The notes below the pieces were generated by a model, which was not told the DNA's origin, made no database searches, and saw only the letters and a program-made list of their open reading frames with translations. Positions 58,039 to 64,000 of a stretch of DNA of 64,000 bases are shown in pieces. The stretch spans positions 1 to 64,000 of the forward strand of contig JBDTZG010000008.1 of NCBI GenBank assembly GCA_040005235.1, read 5' to 3'. Both the position numbers and the translations under genes were made by a program. This DNA is from Acidobacteriota bacterium. Its GTDB lineage: Bacteria; Acidobacteriota; Thermoanaerobaculia; Multivoradales; UBA5704. Every line of letters starts with the position of its first letter. Position 1 is the first letter of the stretch.

Positions 58039-58755
58039 ATGGGCAAAGCCGGCTCCGGGGTCCTTAGCAAGATCCTCGGACCGCTGCTCGCCGCGCTGTG
58101 GATCTATGCGGGCGGCGCCGCGGCGGCCGTGGCGGACGACCTGCGCGGCAAGATCGAGCTGCTCGCCCGCGGCGGCAAGGGGTTGGCCAAAGGGAGCGAC
58201 GTGCGTCAGGCGGTGGTCTTTTTCGAGCCGAAGGAGCAGCGGTCGACCCGGGCGCCCGAAAAGCCGTTCGAGATCGTCACCGAGGACAAGGAGTTCCTCC
58301 CCCGCGTGCTCGCCATCCCGCGCGGCAGCAAGGTCCGATTTCCGAATTCCGATCCGATCCTGCACAACGTCTTTTCGGTCTCGGGTGCCAACAGCTTCGA
58401 TTTCGGGCTCAGCCGCAAAGGACCGGGCCAGACGCGCCGGTTCGACGCGCCCGGCCTAGTGCGGGTGTTCTGTAACGTCCACCACTCGATGGTGGCCTAC
58501 ATCTGGGTGCTCGGCACCCCCTACTCGGCGTCCCCCGCGGACGACGGATCGTTCACGCTCTCGGGGCTGCCCAAAGGGCCGGGCAAGCTGACCGTCTGGC
58601 ACGAGCAGGCGGAGCCCTGGTCGATCGATCTTTCCGTCCCCGCCCCCGGTAAGGTCGCCGCGCGCCTGGAAGTCACCCGGCCGCGCATTCCGCCCCACGT
58701 CGACAAGACCGGGCGCTCCTACTTCCGCAACAGCCGTGAAAAATACGGGGGATAG
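58039..58755 (+). CDS. Periplasmic cupredoxin-like (MauL-like) protein with carboxypeptidase-regulatory-like fold
   Basis: F.PRVL, V.FPNSDPILHNVFS, VFCNVHHSM, G.FTL.GLP.G..LTVWH. Confidence 0.85.
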   Translation: MGKAGSGVLSKILGPLLAALWIYAGGAAAAVADDLRGKIELLARGGKGLAKGSDVRQAVVFFEPKEQRSTRAPEKPFEIVTEDKEFLPRVLAIPRGSKVRFPNSDPILHNVFSVSGANSFDFGLSRKGPGQTRRFDAPGLVRVFCNVHHSMVAYIWVLGTPYSASPADDGSFTLSGLPKGPGKLTVWHEQAEPWSIDLSVPAPGKVAARLEVTRPRIPPHVDKTGRSYFRNSREKYGG

Positions 58756-61366
58756 GCTCAAGGGCCTGCCGCTGGGGGTCAAGATCTTTCTCGCGACCTC
58801 CCTGCTGATCGCTCTGGCGGTCGGCGCCGCGGTCGCCGTGACGACGATCCTGGTGCGGCGCATCGCGCTCCAGGCGATCGACGAGACGCTCGCGCAGACC
58901 TCGGCGGCGCAGACCGCCTTTCAAGACGAGCGCGGCAAGAGGCTGCTCGCGACCGCGCGTCTGTTCGCGAGCGATCCGTCGCTCAACGCCTATGTCGCCG
59001 AGGCGGCGGCGACCCGCGACAGCTCGTCGATTCTCGATCTGCTCAACGAACGGCAGCGCGACGTGGGATTCGATTTCGCGATCGTGCTCGACTCGACGGG
59101 CAAGGTGCTCGCGCGCACCGACCGGCCGAACGGCGCGGGCGAGGATCTGGCGAACCGACCGCTGATCGCCAAGTCGATCACCGACTTCGAGGCGGCCGGC
59201 GTGTGGATCGAGGACGGCAGGCTCTACGACGCGGTCGCGGTGCCGCTCCAGCGCGAATTCAACCTGCTCGGTTTTTTCGTCGCCGGGTTCGCGATCACCG
59301 ACGCCTCGGCGCTCGAAGTGCAGAAGGTGAGCGGCAGCGAGGTGGCCTACGTCACGGCCGGTGCCAAAGGTCCGGTGGTCGTCGCCTCGACGATGCCGCA
59401 GCTCGCCCCCGTTCTTGCGCAGGCGCTCGCCGCCTCGCAGCACACGATGGGCGAGGTGATGGAAGAGGGGCGCGAGGTCACCCGCGTCCAGCTCTCCCTG
59501 CGCGACGAGCCCTGGATCGCGTCGGTGGTGCCGCTCAAGGACGCCGGGGGTAAGGCGGTCGGCGCCACGGTGGGGTTCGCCTCGCTGGCGCGCGAGCTGA
59601 CCAGCTATCGGGAGATTCAAAACGCGTTGATCGCCTCCGGCCTGGTCGCCGCCCTTCTCGCGCTGTTCCTGTCGTTCGGTCTGGCGCGGCGGATGCTCGC
59701 GCCGGTGCGACAACTGGCTGTGGCGGCCGGGGCGGCAAGGCAGGGCAACTACGATCAGAAGATCGACACCGGGCGACGCGACGAGGTGGGGGAGCTGGCC
59801 CGCTCGTTCGATCAGCTGCTCACCGATCTCCGCGAGAAGCGCGACATGGAGGTCTACGTCGCCGAGCTGTCGCGCAGTCTGCCGGAACCGGCGTCGGCGC
59901 GGCCGATGATCGGCACGGCCAAGGCGCGCGATCTGATCGTCTTCGCGATCGAGCTCAAGCGCTACGCGCGGACGGACGGCGACCCGGAGCAGGTGTTGGA
60001 GCGCCTGGCCTCGGACTGGAAGCGGATCGCCGGGGCGATCTCCTCCCGCCGCGGATTGGTCGAATCGGTCTCGGGACACCGACTGCTCGCGCGCTTCGAC
60101 GGCGAAGGACGTGGGCCGCGCGCGCTCGCCGCGGCGGCCGACATCTTGGGGTTGGAGCCGGACGGCAGCTCGGACGCACCCTCGCTCGCCCTCGCCTCGG
60201 GGGCGGCGGTGACCGGGCCGATCAGCTGGCGCGAGGGGGCCGACAACGCTCTGATCGGCCTGCCGGTGCAGCGTCTGGAAGGATTGTTGCGCGAGGCGGC
60301 GCCGGGTGACCTACTGCTCACGCGCGAGGTCCACGACGAGCTGGCAGCGACGCTGGAGGCGGCCGGCTACCGCCTCGCGCCGCGGAAGGGAGTGCTCTCG
60401 ACCCAGCCGTTCTATGCGCTCAGCGCCAACGTTGCGGCCCGAGTCACCGGCGCGCGCGGGGTGGCGTTGATCGAGGCCGCAGCGGCGGCTGGCGGCGCTA
60501 GGACCGGCGCGTATTCCAACGCCGCTCCGACGCTTTCGGGAATCTCGCCGGGCAGCCTGCTCGGGGCTCGGTTCGAGATCCTCGCGGTGCTCGGGGCAGG
60601 CGGAATGGGCGTCGTCTACAAGGCGCGCGACCGCGAGCTGGACGACCTGGTGGCGCTCAAAATGCTCAAGCGCGAGCTGTGGGGCGATCGCACCCAGCTC
60701 GATCGGCTGAAGAGCGAGATCAAGCTGGCGCGGAAGATCACCCACCCCAACGTCCTACGCACCCACGACTTCGGCGAGATCGACGGCGTGCCCTACATCT
60801 CGATGGAGTTCGTACGCGGCGTCACCCTGCGCTACCTGCTCGACCAGACCCAGTCGCTGCCGTATTCGGCCGCCCTGCGCCTGGCCCGTCAATTGTGCGC
60901 GGGCTTGAGCGCGGCGCACGCCCAAGGGGTGCTCCATCGCGACATCAAGCCGGAGAACCTGATCATCGAGGCGGCCGGCAACGCCAAGCTGATGGATTTC
61001 GGTATCGCCCGGCCGATCGACCGGATGGCGCCGGGGGAGACCCAAGCCGGCTGGGTGGTCGGCACCCCCATGTACATGGCGCCTGAAGTGCTCCAAGGGC
61101 GCGAGGCCGACGTGCGCGGCGACCTCTACGCCGTGGGCATACTGCTGTACGAAATCTTCACCGGCAAACCGCCGTTTTCCGGATCGACGCCCATCGAGAT
61201 CATGCTCAAACAGATCAAGGACGAGCCTCTGCCGCCGCGCGGTCCGAACGGCGATCTCGATCCGGCGCTCGCGGCCGCGATCCTTCGCTGCCTCAAAAAA
61301 GACCCGGCGGAGCGGTTCCCGAACGTCGACGGCCTGGCCCGGGTGCTCGAAGGGCTTACCGCATGA
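58736..61366 (+). CDS. Membrane sensor: periplasmic Cache-like domain, HAMP, degenerate class III cyclase-like domain, Ser/Thr protein kinase
   Basis: Two TMs, DEVGELARSF HAMP; kinase LGAGGMGVVY, VALK, HRDIKPEN, DFG, GTPMYMAPE. Confidence 0.9.
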   Translation: MKNTGDRLKGLPLGVKIFLATSLLIALAVGAAVAVTTILVRRIALQAIDETLAQTSAAQTAFQDERGKRLLATARLFASDPSLNAYVAEAAATRDSSSILDLLNERQRDVGFDFAIVLDSTGKVLARTDRPNGAGEDLANRPLIAKSITDFEAAGVWIEDGRLYDAVAVPLQREFNLLGFFVAGFAITDASALEVQKVSGSEVAYVTAGAKGPVVVASTMPQLAPVLAQALAASQHTMGEVMEEGREVTRVQLSLRDEPWIASVVPLKDAGGKAVGATVGFASLARELTSYREIQNALIASGLVAALLALFLSFGLARRMLAPVRQLAVAAGAARQGNYDQKIDTGRRDEVGELARSFDQLLTDLREKRDMEVYVAELSRSLPEPASARPMIGTAKARDLIVFAIELKRYARTDGDPEQVLERLASDWKRIAGAISSRRGLVESVSGHRLLARFDGEGRGPRALAAAADILGLEPDGSSDAPSLALASGAAVTGPISWREGADNALIGLPVQRLEGLLREAAPGDLLLTREVHDELAATLEAAGYRLAPRKGVLSTQPFYALSANVAARVTGARGVALIEAAAAAGGARTGAYSNAAPTLSGISPGSLLGARFEILAVLGAGGMGVVYKARDRELDDLVALKMLKRELWGDRTQLDRLKSEIKLARKITHPNVLRTHDFGEIDGVPYISMEFVRGVTLRYLLDQTQSLPYSAALRLARQLCAGLSAAHAQGVLHRDIKPENLIIEAAGNAKLMDFGIARPIDRMAPGETQAGWVVGTPMYMAPEVLQGREADVRGDLYAVGILLYEIFTGKPPFSGSTPIEIMLKQIKDEPLPPRGPNGDLDPALAAAILRCLKKDPAERFPNVDGLARVLEGLTA

Positions 61367-62571
61367 GCTCGCGAATAGCATATGGACCGATGGCAACCGA
61401 GAGTCTTGCGGCAGCCGATCCGGCGGCCGACGCCGGAATCGACCTACTGCGCAAACTGCAGGAATACGAGACTCTGCTCGGCATCGCCCACGCGCTGTCG
61501 AGCACGCTCGATCTGTCGCGGGTGATCGATCTCGCGCTGGTCCAGGCCGAAGTGATTTGCAGCGCCGAAACCAGCTCGATCTGGGAGCTGGACGAAGGGA
61601 AGAACGAGCTGTTTTTCCGCGTCGTGAGAGGTACGGCCGCGCGAAGGATTCGCGATCTGCGCGTCGCGGTGGGCGAGGGGATCGCGGGCAGCGTCGCCGC
61701 TTCGGGTCGCGCGGAAGTGGTCAACGACGTGCTCGCCGATCCGCGTTGGAAGGGAGACCCCAATGACTCGTTCCATGCCCGGGCGATCCTCGCCGTGCCG
61801 CTCAAGGCGCATGGCCGGGTGGTCGGCGTCCTTCAGCTCTTGAACCCGCTCGATGGGCCAAGCTTTTCGGACGAGGACCTGCGGCGGATGGAGCAGTTCG
61901 CCGGGGTGCTCGCGCCCGCGATCGAAAATGCCCGCCTCTACGCGCTCCAGAGGCGCCAGTTCCTCGACACCGTGACGGCGATCGCCGAGGCGATCGAAAA
62001 GCGCGATCCTTATACCGGCGGTCACGTCCGCCGGGTGGTCGCGTACTCGGTGCTGCTCGGCACCGAATTGGGACTCGACCCGGCGGAGCTGGAAGAGATC
62101 TACCTCGCCGCCACGCTCCACGACGTGGGCAAGATCGCCACCCCCGACGCGGTGCTCAGGAAGCCCGCACCGCTGGACGAGCAGGAGGCCGCCGTCATGC
62201 GCCGCCACGCGGCGGACGGGGCGGACATCGTCGGGCGTATCCGCGAGCTGCGCCCGGTGCTCCCCGGGGTCCGCCACCATCACGAGCGGCTCGACGGCCA
62301 GGGCTATCCGGACGGCCTGGCGGGCGACGAGATCGCCCGCGTGGCGAAGATCATTGCGGTGGCCGACACGTTCGACGCGATCACCACCTCGCGACCGTAC
62401 CGGCAGGCTCTCGACTCGGCGCGCGCCGCGGCCGAAATCGAGGCGGGAGCGGGCACCCAGTTCTGTCCGCACGTCGTTGCGGCATTCCGTGCCCTCTACG
62501 CCCGCGAAGAGTTCTACCTCGACCGGGCGCTCGCCCTGGTTGCGGCGAAGTTCCCTGACCACGGCGAGTAG
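61363..62571 (+). CDS. GAF + HD-GYP cyclic-dinucleotide phosphodiesterase
   Basis: GAF (GEGIAG.VA, LAVPL, GVLQLLN); RDPYTGGH, LHDVGK, HHERLDGQGYP, VADTFDA; may start at ATG 61390. Confidence 0.93.
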   Translation: MSSRIAYGPMATESLAAADPAADAGIDLLRKLQEYETLLGIAHALSSTLDLSRVIDLALVQAEVICSAETSSIWELDEGKNELFFRVVRGTAARRIRDLRVAVGEGIAGSVAASGRAEVVNDVLADPRWKGDPNDSFHARAILAVPLKAHGRVVGVLQLLNPLDGPSFSDEDLRRMEQFAGVLAPAIENARLYALQRRQFLDTVTAIAEAIEKRDPYTGGHVRRVVAYSVLLGTELGLDPAELEEIYLAATLHDVGKIATPDAVLRKPAPLDEQEAAVMRRHAADGADIVGRIRELRPVLPGVRHHHERLDGQGYPDGLAGDEIARVAKIIAVADTFDAITTSRPYRQALDSARAAAEIEAGAGTQFCPHVVAAFRALYAREEFYLDRALALVAAKFPDHGE

Positions 62572-62613
62572 GCGTCCCGAGCCCGGGGTATCATGCCCCC
62601 CGGGAGCCGGGCG

Positions 62614-64000
62614 ATGCTGCGACTGCGTTATTCGATCGAAAACCAGGAACGGACGTTGCCGTTGTCGGGCACGCGCCTACGCATCGGACGCGAGGTCGAC
62701 AACGACATCGTGCTGCCCGACTCGTCGGTCTCGCGCCAGCACGCCGAGCTGGTCCACCAGGGGGGGGCGTGGATCGCCCGCGACCTCAAGAGCACGAACG
62801 GCATCCAGCTCAATCGTGCGCCGGTGCTCGAAGCTCGCCTCCAGGCGGGGGACCGGCTGACGATCGGCCTGTTCGAGATCGAGGTCGAGGCCCCACTTCC
62901 TGAGCCCGAGCTTCCCTCCGGCTCGATCGGCAAGCTGCCGGACGCGACGATTCTGCGGCCGATCTCGGACTTCGTCGCCGATTATGGGCTCGAAGGGGAC
63001 CGACGCCCCTCGGCGGACGGCGAAGGGCGATTCGCCAAAGTGATGTTCGGCTCGCTCGCCCGGCTTGCGCGCGAGCTGATCTCGGCCGAATCGGTCGACC
63101 AGGTGCTCGAACGGGTGGTGGCGATCGCCTTCGACGCCCTGCCGATCGACCGCGGGTTCCTTTTGCTTTCCGACGAGGAAGGGCACCTCGCCTGCGAGAT
63201 CGCGCGCTTCGGCGACCGGGTGGAACTGCGGCCGAGCGCGGAGGTGCCGGTCTCCAAAACCATGCTGGAAGCGGTGATGCGCGAGCGGGTCGCCCTGGTC
63301 ACTTACGACGCGATGTCGGACGGCCGACTGGCCGGGGGAGAGTCGATCCGCATGCACCAGATCCGCGCCGCGATGTGCGCGCCGCTCTGGTCCTCCGAGC
63401 GGATCGTCGGCGTCATGCAGGTCGATTCGCCGTCTCAGGTCGGCTCGTTCGCCGAGCGCGACCTCGATTTCCTGACCACCCTCTCGAACTTCGCCGCGGT
63501 GGCGATCGAAAGTGCGCGGAACGCCGAGCGCGCCCAGCACGAGCGCGCGATGCGGAATCGCCTGGAGCGCTACCACAGCCCGAGCGTGATCGAAGAGGTC
63601 TTGCGCGCCGAAGAGGGCGCCGGGCGGCGTGTCCGCACGGCCGAGGCGTCGGTGCTGTTCGCCGACCTGGTCGGTTTCACCCCGATCGCCGAAAGCTCAC
63701 CGCCGGAGGAGGTCGTCTACCTGCTCGACGCCTTTCTGGACCTCGCGGTCGAGGCGGTGTTCGACGCCGGAGGAACCCTCGACAAGTTCATCGGCGACTG
63801 CGTGATGGCGTTCTTCGGCGCGCCGGTCGCACAGGAAGATCATGCACTCCGCGCGGTAAAGGCGGGCATCGACATCCAGCGCCGCCTCGCCGAATGGAAC
63901 TCCGAGCGCACCCGCTCGAACCTGCCGACGCTCGCGGTGCGCATCGCGGTCAACAGCGGTTTGGTCCTGGTGGGCGACATCGGCAGCCGGAGGCGGGTCG
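62614..64000 (+). CDS. FHA + GAF + class III adenylate/guanylate cyclase (runs off the window; absent from ORF track)
   Basis: Own translation: IGREVDNDIVLPDSSVSRQHA..DLKSTNG (FHA); AMCAPL..VGVMQVD (GAF); VLFADLVGFT, DKFIGDCVMAFFGAP, IAVNSG (cyclase). Confidence 0.92.
   Translation, partial: MLRLRYSIENQERTLPLSGTRLRIGREVDNDIVLPDSSVSRQHAELVHQGGAWIARDLKSTNGIQLNRAPVLEARLQAGDRLTIGLFEIEVEAPLPEPELPSGSIGKLPDATILRPISDFVADYGLEGDRRPSADGEGRFAKVMFGSLARLARELISAESVDQVLERVVAIAFDALPIDRGFLLLSDEEGHLACEIARFGDRVELRPSAEVPVSKTMLEAVMRERVALVTYDAMSDGRLAGGESIRMHQIRAAMCAPLWSSERIVGVMQVDSPSQVGSFAERDLDFLTTLSNFAAVAIESARNAERAQHERAMRNRLERYHSPSVIEEVLRAEEGAGRRVRTAEASVLFADLVGFTPIAESSPPEEVVYLLDAFLDLAVEAVFDAGGTLDKFIGDCVMAFFGAPVAQEDHALRAVKAGIDIQRRLAEWNSERTRSNLPTLAVRIAVNSGLVLVGDIGSRRRV

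Overview
GC-rich bacterial DNA; gene content and style suggest Acidobacteriota/Thermoanaerobaculia (inferred, not tested). In order: the last C-A-PCP module of an NRPS with no thioesterase; a nucleotide-sugar/GT2/GT-C-like glycosylation cluster; a secreted cluster (giant frameshifted surface protein, transglutaminase-fold protein lacking its catalytic Cys, Ntox16-like Cys-rich protein, possible immunity gene); vapBC; a PQQ/sorbosone dehydrogenase-PKD protein with a decayed tandem copy; methylmalonyl-CoA mutase large subunit; glycosyltransferases; tRNA-Gly(CCC), bactofilin, ald; LOG and PIN-PhoH; a three-gene operon of CHAT protease-STAND NTPase, separate helical-repeat protein and internally duplicated multi-TM protein (best candidate for a new defence or cell-death system); a Vps62-like secreted protein; a 21-bp tandem array with 105-bp higher-order period; cydAB with cydA internally deleted; rluD-like; an AAA_14/DUF4143 ATPase with triple operator; a broken M48 peptidase; MFS; flavin reductase; and a signalling locus of beta-barrel, cupredoxin-like protein, HAMP-pseudocyclase-Ser/Thr kinase, GAF-HD-GYP and FHA-GAF-cyclase. 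Six loci carry deletions, frameshifts or stops. No CRISPR array, rRNA, integrase or transposase was seen. All family calls come from motifs recognised by eye; no searches were run.
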